Assembly: GCA_016840085.1 (NCBI GenBank)
Contig: JAEOTA010000022.1
Span: 75,211 to 139,210 of the forward strand
DNA: 64,000 nucleotides
Direction of reading: 5' to 3'
Source of the DNA: Promethearchaeota archaeon
Lineage (GTDB): Archaea; Asgardarchaeota; Lokiarchaeia; Sigyniarchaeales; SOKP01
Made by a program: the position numbers and the translations under genes. Positions 42,181-52,487 of the stretch are shown piece by piece. The notes beneath the pieces were generated by a model. That model worked only from the letters and a program-made list of their open reading frames with translations, was not told the DNA's origin and made no database searches. Within the stretch, counting starts at the first letter, position 1, and every line of letters starts with the position of its first letter.

Positions 42181-44652
42181 TTAGTAATTAAGATTAATGG
42201 TTACTTGAATTTTATCTTTAAATTTTACAAAAATTTTCCAAATATTTTCGCTTATATTTATTTTAGTATAATTAAAATTGGATTCTATAATTTCTTTATT
42301 TTTTGGAAGTTTTAGAATTAAGTTTCCTTCTCTTTCACCCATTAATCCTATTTGAATTAGTAATCTATTCAATTCCTCATCAAATTCAAAATTTTTTATT
42401 TCACAACATCCTTGGGTAATATGCAAATTAGTAGAAAGAAGAATAGGTGAAATATTTGAGTTTTTAGTTAAAGGAATTATAGTTAAATATTTGCAAGAAT
42501 GGGCTTTAATTTCTTTTAACTCAAAAATATCACTTTTTTTGTATTTCCCTAAAAGAATTTCATTCCAAAAATCGAATACATAAAATTCTTTATTATTATC
42601 AGTAAGAGTGGGAATCAATTCAGAAATTTTAACTATTTTTGAAGTTAAATGGTTTTCCCAGTTTATAATAGCCGCTAAATATCTTTTTCCTATAACTTCT
42701 TCTGTTTCGAGCATGTAAATTGATGGAAATTTTGAGATAAATGTGTCAACAGGAATAGGACTATAATCTTCCGGATTATAAGGGGGTATTAAGAGTTTTG
42801 CATCGTCAATTTCTTCCTTAGATAATTTTGTCATGTCATCTGATATTAATATTTGCCCCCCAGATAACCCAAAAATAGTCATTTGCAATTTAATTTCATC
42901 AAGGGTTAATTTTGTATGACTTCGTCTTATCATTAAACAATCTGGATCATTTATCCAAAAATGATTATGCATAAATGACCGATATAACGTGTTTAAAAGA
43001 GCTGCTTTTAAAGAGATTTCGGATAATTCACTTTCATCGATAGGACCAGCATCCCAAATCGGAGCAGTATCACAGCTTATACGCATAGCGTCAACTAATC
43101 CCACACAAGGTCCTAATGGAGCTCCACATCCTAGTAAAAATGTATCATTAGTTATTGCTTTTCTTATTAGTTTTACGCCATTATATAATATTTGTGCTCT
43201 TGTTAAATTTGATTTTTTATAGTCTGCCCCATAAGGGACAGCAGCGTGAAGAAAATCGATCTTAATAAAATCTATTAAGGCTTCATTTTTTTTTTTAATA
43301 TTTTTTTCATTTGCGTTTAAGAGATTCCTAAAATATTCACTGAGATAATGAAGTACATCTTCATTCGATAAATCAAGACTGTATTCAAATGATCTCCAAT
43401 TGAATAGTACTGGCAATAATTTATCTGCTTTTGTTAAGAACCAATTTTTATGATTTTTGAATAAATTAGATCTTTTTATTGCTATAAAAGGTGCTGTCCA
43501 GATACCTCCTTTAAATCCATATTTTTTTATATTTGTGAATAACCATGGTAATCCATCAGGAAATTTTTCATTTATCTCGGTAAAATCACCGATTTTAGTA
43601 AAATATCCATCATCTAATTGGATAAAATCAATAGGTAAGTCTCTATGGTCATTAAAAAATTCCAAATTCTTGATCAATTCTTCCTGTGTAATTTTTGTGA
43701 AATAATAATACCAGCTACACCAACCTATAGGAATCTTGTTAATACGAGGGTTTTTTATATACAAATTAACGATTTCAGCATACTCAATTAATCCATAATA
43801 TCCTTTATTTAACTCTTTAAAACAGATAAATAATTCTTCTGAAGAATCAATCTTAGTCTCATTAAGTTTAACATTATCCATAAAACCAAATGCAGTTAAT
43901 AATTTCAATTCATTATCATTGTCATAATCAAGAATGATTCTTGAAAATTGGTCTTTTAGGGTAACAAATCCTAAGATTAAAGAATTGTTAGAATCTAAAT
44001 CTGTGATTACGGTACAACACTCACTATAAAATCTTCCTGTAATTTTGTAATCTTGGTTGTCATATATCAAATTTAATACTTCTATCTGTGATCCTTTAAC
44101 ATCTTTCTCTCTTCCGAAGAAAACTTTACATGGGCTCCAACTTTGCCAGCCATTTTTAAACCAAGTTATATTATTTAGATTGGTAGGAATAGTTTTACCT
44201 GATAAATATAAAGAGCTATTTTCTATTCTTAGGGGAGATATACTATGTACCGATAATTGATTTTGCTTTGGATCTCGAATATTTATTATTTTAATCAATA
44301 TAAAATCGCTTTTTTCATATATCTTAAACTGAATCTCAAATGAAATTTCTTGATTTCTATTTTGTTCAAATAAAAAAACAATTCTTAATCCTTGTCCAAT
44401 AATATCATCAATGGTTTGAGTTTTACTATTAAAATTATTATTATAAGAAGAAATTTCAAACAAATTTTCTGTATTTTTTTCATTAAAATTTATCACAGAA
44501 AAACAATCTTTGAGTAAACATTGTGATGATTTTTTTCCTTCCAAATAAATCTCAAATTTTCCTTGAATTTCACCTTTCTTATAAAATTTTAATCCTATTA
44601 CCCCATTTGTAACCTGAAATATTTCTGCATTGTCTTTTAATATTTCTATCAT
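42181..44652 (-). CDS. Alpha-galactosidase, GH36
   Basis: NGWQSWS, GWCSWY, QLDDGY, KIDF nucleophile, RISCD acid/base, NDPDC. Confidence 0.9.
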   Translation of the reverse strand: MIEILKDNAEIFQVTNGVIGLKFYKKGEIQGKFEIYLEGKKSSQCLLKDCFSVINFNEKNTENLFEISSYNNNFNSKTQTIDDIIGQGLRIVFLFEQNRNQEISFEIQFKIYEKSDFILIKIINIRDPKQNQLSVHSISPLRIENSSLYLSGKTIPTNLNNITWFKNGWQSWSPCKVFFGREKDVKGSQIEVLNLIYDNQDYKITGRFYSECCTVITDLDSNNSLILGFVTLKDQFSRIILDYDNDNELKLLTAFGFMDNVKLNETKIDSSEELFICFKELNKGYYGLIEYAEIVNLYIKNPRINKIPIGWCSWYYYFTKITQEELIKNLEFFNDHRDLPIDFIQLDDGYFTKIGDFTEINEKFPDGLPWLFTNIKKYGFKGGIWTAPFIAIKRSNLFKNHKNWFLTKADKLLPVLFNWRSFEYSLDLSNEDVLHYLSEYFRNLLNANEKNIKKKNEALIDFIKIDFLHAAVPYGADYKKSNLTRAQILYNGVKLIRKAITNDTFLLGCGAPLGPCVGLVDAMRISCDTAPIWDAGPIDESELSEISLKAALLNTLYRSFMHNHFWINDPDCLMIRRSHTKLTLDEIKLQMTIFGLSGGQILISDDMTKLSKEEIDDAKLLIPPYNPEDYSPIPVDTFISKFPSIYMLETEEVIGKRYLAAIINWENHLTSKIVKISELIPTLTDNNKEFYVFDFWNEILLGKYKKSDIFELKEIKAHSCKYLTIIPLTKNSNISPILLSTNLHITQGCCEIKNFEFDEELNRLLIQIGLMGEREGNLILKLPKNKEIIESNFNYTKINISENIWKIFVKFKDKIQVTINLNY

Positions 44653-44747
44653 AATTTAACCTTATTATTTGGAAATTATTCATAATTAAATAATAGTAAA
44701 AAATATAGTAATAAATACAAAAAAAGCATAGTTTTAATTTAAATTAT

Positions 44748-45941
44748 CTAATCAAACTTAAAAGGAGGAAATTTCCTTCGTTTCTCAAATTTTTTTTCTA
44801 AAGTAGATTTTAATTCATTAAAAGGTTTTAAATTTCCTGAAAAAACCGTCTTTGTAACCTTATTAATAGGCTCCAATAACTGTTCAACTTGTTTTATCTT
44901 CTCTAAATTGCCTTCTGATAATAAAGATAAAAAATAATCATTCTGATATTTTTTAAAGGTTAGAAATCGATAATTTTGAAATCCTAGTTTTACAGCAATC
45001 CATCGAGGAATAGCACGAGTATTACCTTGAGTATTTGCAGCTATCGCTTCAATTTTTGCTGTAAGCATTGACTCTTTCATTTCTTTTTCTTCTTCAGGAC
45101 TTTCGAATTCTCCAGGAAATTCTATATTAAGCTCATCTCCTAATAAGAGAGATATAACACCAATTGACATGGAGGATAATCCCAAATAATCAATTCGGAT
45201 AGAATCTTCTACATATGAAAAATCTTGATCTGTAAATACTTCTTGCAATTTATTTGCATATTCATTTAAAATAAAATGGGCTCTTTTTTTGAATTCTAAC
45301 TCGATTTCATATTTTTCAAGTTTGTTTAATTGATCAACATCCTTATCTCCTAATAATTCAGAGAAATTGTTTGACATCTGTTCAAGAAGCCATTTACCTT
45401 TCTTATCAGGAAATCTACCGTATACAAGATATATGATTTTATCTTTAACATAAAATTGGCATTTTTCCTCTATATTATTTTCCTCAGATATTAGAAGCAT
45501 CTTATCAAGTTCTCCACCTAATATGCTTGTAGCTATAGAGTCTAAATTATTTGAAAGCTCTAATAAATAAATTAATTTATCATTACTGCAGAAAAGTTGA
45601 GTTCTCTCAAGTGATGTTATACCAAGTAATTTTACATATTCTTCTTTTTTTAATTCAATTTTATCTCTATCTAAGGATATACCCAATTGGTTATCTTTCT
45701 TAATTTTTACTTTACTCTTTAGTTTCGAAGATAATGTTGTAGTCTTTGTTTCAAACTGCTTTGGTTCAGATCTTCCTTGTTTTTCTGTAGTTATATCAAA
45801 TAATTCAGGTAAGAATTTACGACATTGAGGACACATTTGATCTTTAGGAAAAGGTTTTATAACTTTATATCCACAGTATTGACATTGAACTAAATTCTTA
45901 GGTTTATTGGGTGGAGATGAAGTATTTGGAATTCTTACCAA
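44748..45941 (-). CDS. Zn-ribbon protein with possible tandem longin/roadblock-like domains
   Basis: CQYC...CPQC; C-terminal alpha/beta pattern (fold is inference). Confidence 0.6.
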   Translation of the reverse strand: MVRIPNTSSPPNKPKNLVQCQYCGYKVIKPFPKDQMCPQCRKFLPELFDITTEKQGRSEPKQFETKTTTLSSKLKSKVKIKKDNQLGISLDRDKIELKKEEYVKLLGITSLERTQLFCSNDKLIYLLELSNNLDSIATSILGGELDKMLLISEENNIEEKCQFYVKDKIIYLVYGRFPDKKGKWLLEQMSNNFSELLGDKDVDQLNKLEKYEIELEFKKRAHFILNEYANKLQEVFTDQDFSYVEDSIRIDYLGLSSMSIGVISLLLGDELNIEFPGEFESPEEEKEMKESMLTAKIEAIAANTQGNTRAIPRWIAVKLGFQNYRFLTFKKYQNDYFLSLLSEGNLEKIKQVEQLLEPINKVTKTVFSGNLKPFNELKSTLEKKFEKRRKFPPFKFD

Positions 45942-45997
45942 CTCACCATAGATTCAATAGTAATTAAACAAAATTTTAAATATTATAATTTTTGTAA

Positions 45998-47095
45998 TTA
46001 TAAATATTTATTAGCAATTTCCTTAAAAGCGTCCAAAAACTTATCATTATCTTCTTCTGTCCCGATAGTTACTCTAATGTAATTATAAAGACCAGGTTTG
46101 CTAAAATGTCTTATTAATATCTTCATTTCCCTTAAATCCCAAACAAATTTTAAAGTTTTAGACTTATCCTCAAATTTTATAAATATAAAATTGGCATCAG
46201 AAGACAAAACGCTTACTCCGTTAAATTTATCTAGTTTATCACTCAATCTTTGTCTTTCCGATATAATTTTCTTATTTTGTTCAAAAATCTTGTTATTATG
46301 CTTAATACAAGATAATGCTGCAATTTGACCTAGGTAATTTGTGTTATAAGGTAATTTAACTCTATTCATTTCTTTAATTATCTCTGGATCAGCTAAAGCG
46401 AAACCAATCCTTAATGAAGCAAGTGAAAAACTTTTTGAAAATGACCGATTCACAATAATATTTTTTGCTTTTTTTAATAAAGATAAACAGGTTTGGTTAG
46501 AAAAATCAGCATAAGCTTCGTCAACTACCACTATTCCAGGAAAACTTCCACATAATTTAAGAATAGTTGCGTTCCCAAATGATTTTCCGTTAGGATTATT
46601 TGGAGAATTAATAAACATTAATTTTCCCTTTACAGAATAAGCAGAATCAGGTATGGAAAAGTCTTCATTTAGAGGGATTTCCTTAATTTTTGCATTGTAA
46701 AGCGTTCCTAAGACTTTATATAATCCATATGATGGATAAAAAATAATAATTTCATCACCGGGATCAATAAAAACTTTAAAAATGATGTCTAAAATCTCAT
46801 CTGAACCATTTCCGATAAATATTGAATTTCTATTTGTAAGCGTATCTTTATCTCTTAGTAGTACATTAAGAATTTCTTTGCGAAGTTCAAATGAAGTAGG
46901 ATCAGGGTAAAGTCTAAGTTTATCATTTATGGCTTTTTTAATATCTTCTAAAATTTCTGGTATTGGTGGATATGGATTCTCATTTGTATTTAATTTAGTC
47001 CATCCTTCTTCAGTTGGCTGTTCTCCAGGTTCATAAGATGTGAATTTTTTGAGATTTTCTCTCAATAATACATTTAAGTCCATTTTATATACCAT
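45998..47095 (-). CDS. hisC: Histidinol-phosphate aminotransferase
   Basis: KLNTNENPYPP, GNGSDE, SPNNPNG, DEAY, SFSKSFSLASLRIG. Confidence 0.95.
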   Translation of the reverse strand: MVYKMDLNVLLRENLKKFTSYEPGEQPTEEGWTKLNTNENPYPPIPEILEDIKKAINDKLRLYPDPTSFELRKEILNVLLRDKDTLTNRNSIFIGNGSDEILDIIFKVFIDPGDEIIIFYPSYGLYKVLGTLYNAKIKEIPLNEDFSIPDSAYSVKGKLMFINSPNNPNGKSFGNATILKLCGSFPGIVVVDEAYADFSNQTCLSLLKKAKNIIVNRSFSKSFSLASLRIGFALADPEIIKEMNRVKLPYNTNYLGQIAALSCIKHNNKIFEQNKKIISERQRLSDKLDKFNGVSVLSSDANFIFIKFEDKSKTLKFVWDLREMKILIRHFSKPGLYNYIRVTIGTEEDNDKFLDAFKEIANKYL

Positions 47096-47172
47096 CTACT
47101 TTTTTTACCGATATTGAACATTTGGTATAGATTTCTAAAAAATTTTATGTAAAAATTAAATTTTAATATAAT

Positions 47173-48486
47173 TTAATTCTTATTTTCTAATCTTTTTTCT
47201 ATAGATTTTTTATGGGCAGGTAAACCCTCAAAATCAGCTATAATAGAAGAAGATTTACTCAGTGTTTTTAAACCATCTATATCACAATCTAAAACTTCAA
47301 TTATCTTTAAAAAATCATATAAATTCAATCCCGAATATTTTGCAGCATTACCCCCTGTAGGTAATACGTGATTTGTTCCTGCGGAATAATCTCCTAATGA
47401 TACGGGTGTATTCGGCCCAATAAATATAGCACCCGCATTTATTATTTTTGGTACTATATTTTTAGGATTTTTAATCATAATTTCAAGATGTTCTGGTGCA
47501 ATTAAATTACAAAGCCTAATACAGTCATCTATATCTTTCGCTTCTATAATGAGAGTGTTATTTCTTAAAGCTATTTTGATTATATCTCTCCTCTCTGATT
47601 TTTCTAGGTATGGTTCTATATTATTCATGATATTTTGAATTAAATCTGTAGATGTTGATATTATTATTCCCACATTGTCAGAGTCATGTTCGATTTGAGA
47701 AAGTAAATCTACAATGACAAGGTTATAATCAGCAGAATTATCAGCAATTATTAAAATTTCACTTGGACCTGCTGGAGTATCAATAGCTACAGTATTAGAT
47801 AAGATTTGTTTTGCTGCATTCACCCATTTGTTTCCTGGACCTACAATTTTCTGAACTTTGGGAATTGTATTTGTGCCCAATGCCATCGCAGCTATTGCTT
47901 GAGCGCCTCCTATCTTATATATATCATTAATATTAAATTCACTCGCAGCCACAATAATTTCAGGTGCGATTTTTTTATTCGATTGAGGTGGTGAACATAT
48001 AATAATTTCTTTTACACCTGCTACATATGCTGGAGCTGCTGTCATTAGGACTGTACTGGGATATATAGCTCTACCACCGGGAATATAAATTCCAATTCTT
48101 TCCAAAGGCCGATATATTTGTCCCGCATTTACTCCTTTTTCTATTTTTATCATCCACTCTTTTCTCATCTGAGCTCGCTGAAATTTTATTAAATTCTTTT
48201 TTGCGTATTGTAATGCTTTCAATAAAGTCCTATCTATTATATTATAAGCATCGGAAATCTCTTCTTGAGTAACTTTAATTTCTGATTCAAATAATTCTAC
48301 ACCATCAAATTTTTTTGTAAATTCAAGAATTGCTTTATCCCCATTTTTGTTAACTTCTGCAATAATACCTACTACAGATTCTCTAATAGATTCAATTTGA
48401 AGAAAATTTCGAGGAATAAATTCAGATAAATTATTTTCATTTATTTCATCTGATTTCACTATTCTCAGAGTATTTATAGAAATCAC
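47173..48486 (-). CDS. hisD: Histidinol dehydrogenase
   Basis: YIPGG...YPSTVLM, GGAQAIAA, GPGN, AGPSE, APEHLE, GDYSAGTNHVLPT. Confidence 0.96.
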   Translation of the reverse strand: MISINTLRIVKSDEINENNLSEFIPRNFLQIESIRESVVGIIAEVNKNGDKAILEFTKKFDGVELFESEIKVTQEEISDAYNIIDRTLLKALQYAKKNLIKFQRAQMRKEWMIKIEKGVNAGQIYRPLERIGIYIPGGRAIYPSTVLMTAAPAYVAGVKEIIICSPPQSNKKIAPEIIVAASEFNINDIYKIGGAQAIAAMALGTNTIPKVQKIVGPGNKWVNAAKQILSNTVAIDTPAGPSEILIIADNSADYNLVIVDLLSQIEHDSDNVGIIISTSTDLIQNIMNNIEPYLEKSERRDIIKIALRNNTLIIEAKDIDDCIRLCNLIAPEHLEIMIKNPKNIVPKIINAGAIFIGPNTPVSLGDYSAGTNHVLPTGGNAAKYSGLNLYDFLKIIEVLDCDIDGLKTLSKSSSIIADFEGLPAHKKSIEKRLENKN

Positions 48487-49463
48487 CTAATCCCTTCCAA
48501 TGGAAGTATTTGTCTTGGTTCATGAACAACCAAACCTTGTGCATATTTCCTTAGCAAAGGAATTAAACTTAAAAATTCCTTCTTTTTGATTATTGTATTT
48601 ATTGCAAACCAATCAACTTCACCAGCTAATTTTGAAACAGTTGGGCGTTTTAAAGCAGGAAGTTCTTCTAAAATTTTATTTAAATTTTCTTTCTTTACAT
48701 TCATAAATATATGAAGCTTCTTTGATGCTTCTATAACACCCTTTAAAAGAACTAGAATATCCATTATTTTTTCTCTTTTCCATTCATTTTTTAAAGCATT
48801 TTTGTTTGCTATTAACACCGCAGTAGAAGTATCAATTATACCTATGATTTTTAAATTATTTGCTTCCAATGTAGAACCTGTTGATGTATTATCAATTATA
48901 ACATCAACTTCTTCAGGGGGTTTCGCTTCTGTTGCTCCAAATGATAAGAAAATTTTAACTTCCTTATTATCACCCCAATATTTCCAAGGAGTGATAACTA
49001 AAGGTGCTTTTTTACCATATAGTTTTTGATAAGTTCCATTATTTTTTAAATAGTTCATTGATAATGTTAAATATTCAGTTGAAATCCTTAATGTTTTATT
49101 TTCAGCAGAAAATTTTAGCAGAATATCGTCAAGGGATGTAATATTATCCCAATTTTTTGGAACACATAAGACAATTGAAACAGCACCTATTTCTAAATCC
49201 AATAAAATTTCTACATTTGCGTTTGTTTCTTTGATCCAATCCCTCCCTGAAATTCCTAAGTCAAATTGATTTTCACCTATCAAGTAATTTGGTATCTCTT
49301 GAGGCCTTAATAGTTTAAGATATATTTCAGGATCACCTACAGAAGGTCTATAATCTCGTTTTGATCCAAAAGACAATTTTAATCCTGCTCTTTCAAAAAA
49401 AGAAGATATCTCTTCTTGTAGACTTCCTTTTGGAATTGATATTTTCAATACTTTTTCTTTCAT
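48483..49463 (-). CDS. hisG: ATP phosphoribosyltransferase, long form
   Basis: IPKGSL, RPQEIP, GATEA, DNTSTGSTL, C-terminal regulatory domain (PTVSKL). Confidence 0.95.
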   Translation of the reverse strand: MKEKVLKISIPKGSLQEEISSFFERAGLKLSFGSKRDYRPSVGDPEIYLKLLRPQEIPNYLIGENQFDLGISGRDWIKETNANVEILLDLEIGAVSIVLCVPKNWDNITSLDDILLKFSAENKTLRISTEYLTLSMNYLKNNGTYQKLYGKKAPLVITPWKYWGDNKEVKIFLSFGATEAKPPEEVDVIIDNTSTGSTLEANNLKIIGIIDTSTAVLIANKNALKNEWKREKIMDILVLLKGVIEASKKLHIFMNVKKENLNKILEELPALKRPTVSKLAGEVDWFAINTIIKKKEFLSLIPLLRKYAQGLVVHEPRQILPLEGIR

Positions 49464-49734
49464 TTAAAATCAATAACCCATGTATATTTAATAATTTAAT
49501 CATGCAAAAATTTATAAGATTAAAGTCTACATTCTCAATTTCTGAAATATATATACTGAATTAAATTTCCTATTATGTATAGCTTAAAATGATCATAAAA
49601 GAGGATTTTTAATTATAGTTAATAGTTTCTTTTAGATTAATCTTTTAAACAAAATATTTTATTATATTATTATTAATATTATGCAGTGATAATTTTATTT
49701 TATTGAAACAACAAATAATAAATGGTGAACGAGG

Positions 49735-50601
49735 TTGAATCTTGCTCTAATGTTCAATGTTAAACCAGGTGGGGAAATTGAGGCCATAAAATGGGGTAAG
49801 GATAATTTTTTACCAGATACTTCAATAATCGTATTAGATGAGGGTTCTGAATCATTATATTTATGGCATGGAATTCAGCAAGGATTAGTCGCTCGAAGAA
49901 CAGCTCTAAGACAAGCTGAATCACTTAAAGGACATGGTTATACAGTAGGTAAAAGTATTATTGGACGAGATATCAAACAAATAAAAGAAATGGATGGAAG
50001 AAAGATAGGTAAAGTTCCAGAAGATAGTGCTTTAAATGAAGAACTTCAAGCGTTATTAGATATGAAATTTAGAGAATTAGATAATTTTATTGTTACTTTT
50101 GAAGCAGGTGCGGTTAAACCTGTAGCTGCAACACAAAAAGGAAAAGTAGAACCAAAAGTTGAAGCTAAGCCTGCTCCAATTCCTGCTCCGGCTGTTTCAA
50201 AGCCAATTGAACCTGTAAAATCAGTTGAACCAAAAAAAGTGGTTTCGCCTGCTAAATCTGTTGAAACAGCTTCTGAATATGAAGAGGCTGGATCCTTACC
50301 ATCCATTAAACCTGAATCAAAACCAGCACCTTCTATACACGTTTCAAAAACAAGCTTAACAACTGATGCTAAAGTAGGATTTGTCTTCTCGGGAATCTTA
50401 GAGCATTTTGAGGATATTTGGATTTCAAAGAAAAAAGATAGAAGTTATTCTGTTGAAATGATGGATGGTCCAATCTGCACATTCTCGATAAAAGAAGGGA
50501 GTAAATTAAATTTCACAGCAAATAGTTTCTCGGGAATTGATACGAAAGTCAAAACCGCAATTCAGAAGAAATTTATAGAACTCTCTAAATTGTTAGTGTA
50601 A
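49735..50601 (+). CDS. Gelsolin-like domain protein with Pro/Ala/Lys-rich linker and unknown C-terminal domain
   Basis: IIVLDE...LYLWHG...RRTALRQAESL matches the gelsolin repeat pattern; GGTGA SD before TTG. Confidence 0.72.
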   Translation: MNLALMFNVKPGGEIEAIKWGKDNFLPDTSIIVLDEGSESLYLWHGIQQGLVARRTALRQAESLKGHGYTVGKSIIGRDIKQIKEMDGRKIGKVPEDSALNEELQALLDMKFRELDNFIVTFEAGAVKPVAATQKGKVEPKVEAKPAPIPAPAVSKPIEPVKSVEPKKVVSPAKSVETASEYEEAGSLPSIKPESKPAPSIHVSKTSLTTDAKVGFVFSGILEHFEDIWISKKKDRSYSVEMMDGPICTFSIKEGSKLNFTANSFSGIDTKVKTAIQKKFIELSKLLV

Positions 50602-50719
50602 TTTTCTAAATGTAATGTATTTTTTTATATACAATTTTTATAATTATCTTTTTTTATATTTATAAGGATGATACTAAAGATATTATTCCTGTTTTTAAAA
50701 TACATATAATAATATTCTT

Positions 50720-52477
50720 ATGAAATTTAATAAATTAGCACATTTATTTTCAGAATTAGAAGCTACTACAAAAAGACTTGAAATGATTGATCTATTATCA
50801 AGTTTTTTTAGTAAAATTAAAAAAAATGAAGAATATGAAGATTTAGACAAGGTTATTTATCTCTTACAAGGTCAACTAGCTCCAAACATTAAAAAATTTC
50901 CAAAAATGGGATTGGCTGAGAAAATGATAATTGAAGCATTATCTGTGCATTCTGGATTAGACGCTAAAAAAATTAAAGAATTTTTAGTTAAACAAGGTGA
51001 TATCGGGGCAACAGCAGAATTAATTTTGTCAAAAAAAAAGAAACAAAAATCATTATTTGATTATAATGAAAGTAATGATACTTTAGAAAGTTCTTTAGAG
51101 ATTTCTGATTTGTATTCAGAATTAATGAAAATAGCGTTGACTGATGGTGCTGGTTCTCATGATATAAAATTGGGAGTATTGAGGGGATTAATGAGAAAAT
51201 GTTCTCCATTAGAAGTAAAATATTTATTACGAACAATAACATCTACGTTAAGAGTAGGGGTTCAATCTCCAACCATAATAGAAGGTTTAGCTCTAGCATT
51301 CACAGGTGTAAAAGATAATAAAAATTTTATTGAAAGAGCTTACACATTGCATCCAGATTTAGGTGAGATCTCAAAAATATTAGCAGAATCTGGTTTAGAA
51401 GAGGTGAAAAAGATTGATATAGAATATGGAATTCCTATCCTTAGTATGCTTGCCTCTCGAGAAGTTTATACTGAATTCATTAATAGATTAGGGGTTCCAT
51501 TTATAGCTGAATACAAATTAGATGGTGAACGACTTCAAATCCATAAAAATGGTGACGATATAACTCTATTTTCACGACGTTTACTTGACATTTCAGATCA
51601 ATATCCTGATGTTTGTCAAAAAGTAAAAGAAAGCATCAAAGCAGAAAATGTTATTTTTGAAGGAGAAGTTGTTGCTATGGATCATTTCTATGAAAAAATG
51701 CTTCCATTTCAAGTTTTAAGTAAAAGAAGAAGAAAGTATGATGTAGAAGATATTTCTAAAGAAGTTCCTGTATGTTTATTTATATTTGATCTTTTAAAAT
51801 TAGAAGATGAATCATTTGTTAATAAACCACTTCCAGAACGAAGACAAAAACTTGAAGAAATGGTTGAAGAAAGAGATGAATTGCGTTTAGTTAAGTCTAT
51901 TCAAATTAATTCTACTGATGAATTATTGGATTTCTTTAATAAGGCTAGAAAAGAAGGAACTGAAGGTATTATGGCAAAATCAATCAAAGATGATTCAATT
52001 TATCAAGCAGGAAATCGCGGTTATAAGTGGCTTAAGTTGAAAAGTCTAGAAGGAGGTAAACTTAAAGATAATATAGATGTTGTCCTAGTTGGTGCTTTTT
52101 ATGGTAAAGGTCGAAGAACAGGGGTATATGGAACTTATATTGGTGCAGTGTATAATCCTGTAAATGATAATTATATAGCATTTACTCGCTTCTTCTCAGG
52201 AATAGGTGATGAATTATCAGATTCTTTAACGAAAGATATGGAAGAATATAAACGGGAAAAAAAACCAAATAATGTCATTTGTGAAGATAAACCTGATATA
52301 TGGTTAAAACCAGAAGTAGTAATGGAGATAATGGGGGATGAAATAACAATTAGTGATAAATTTGCTACGCTAGGATATTCTATGAGATTTCCAGTCTATA
52401 AGAGACTACGTCCTGATAAAGGTCCAAAAGATATAACAACAGTAGAAGAGATTAAAGAATTATATGAGACTCAATAA
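50720..52477 (+). CDS. lig: ATP-dependent DNA ligase
   Basis: EYKLDGERLQIH, FEGE, FDLL, EGIMAK, WLKLK, MRFP. Confidence 0.96.
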   Translation: MKFNKLAHLFSELEATTKRLEMIDLLSSFFSKIKKNEEYEDLDKVIYLLQGQLAPNIKKFPKMGLAEKMIIEALSVHSGLDAKKIKEFLVKQGDIGATAELILSKKKKQKSLFDYNESNDTLESSLEISDLYSELMKIALTDGAGSHDIKLGVLRGLMRKCSPLEVKYLLRTITSTLRVGVQSPTIIEGLALAFTGVKDNKNFIERAYTLHPDLGEISKILAESGLEEVKKIDIEYGIPILSMLASREVYTEFINRLGVPFIAEYKLDGERLQIHKNGDDITLFSRRLLDISDQYPDVCQKVKESIKAENVIFEGEVVAMDHFYEKMLPFQVLSKRRRKYDVEDISKEVPVCLFIFDLLKLEDESFVNKPLPERRQKLEEMVEERDELRLVKSIQINSTDELLDFFNKARKEGTEGIMAKSIKDDSIYQAGNRGYKWLKLKSLEGGKLKDNIDVVLVGAFYGKGRRTGVYGTYIGAVYNPVNDNYIAFTRFFSGIGDELSDSLTKDMEEYKREKKPNNVICEDKPDIWLKPEVVMEIMGDEITISDKFATLGYSMRFPVYKRLRPDKGPKDITTVEEIKELYETQ

Positions 52478-52487
52478 ATTTTGCGAT

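Noticed and set aside
43270-43325. Lys/Asn-rich insertion near the GH36 nucleophile as a second intron
   Set aside because: No stop codon, hairpin or BHB fold visible; likely a loop
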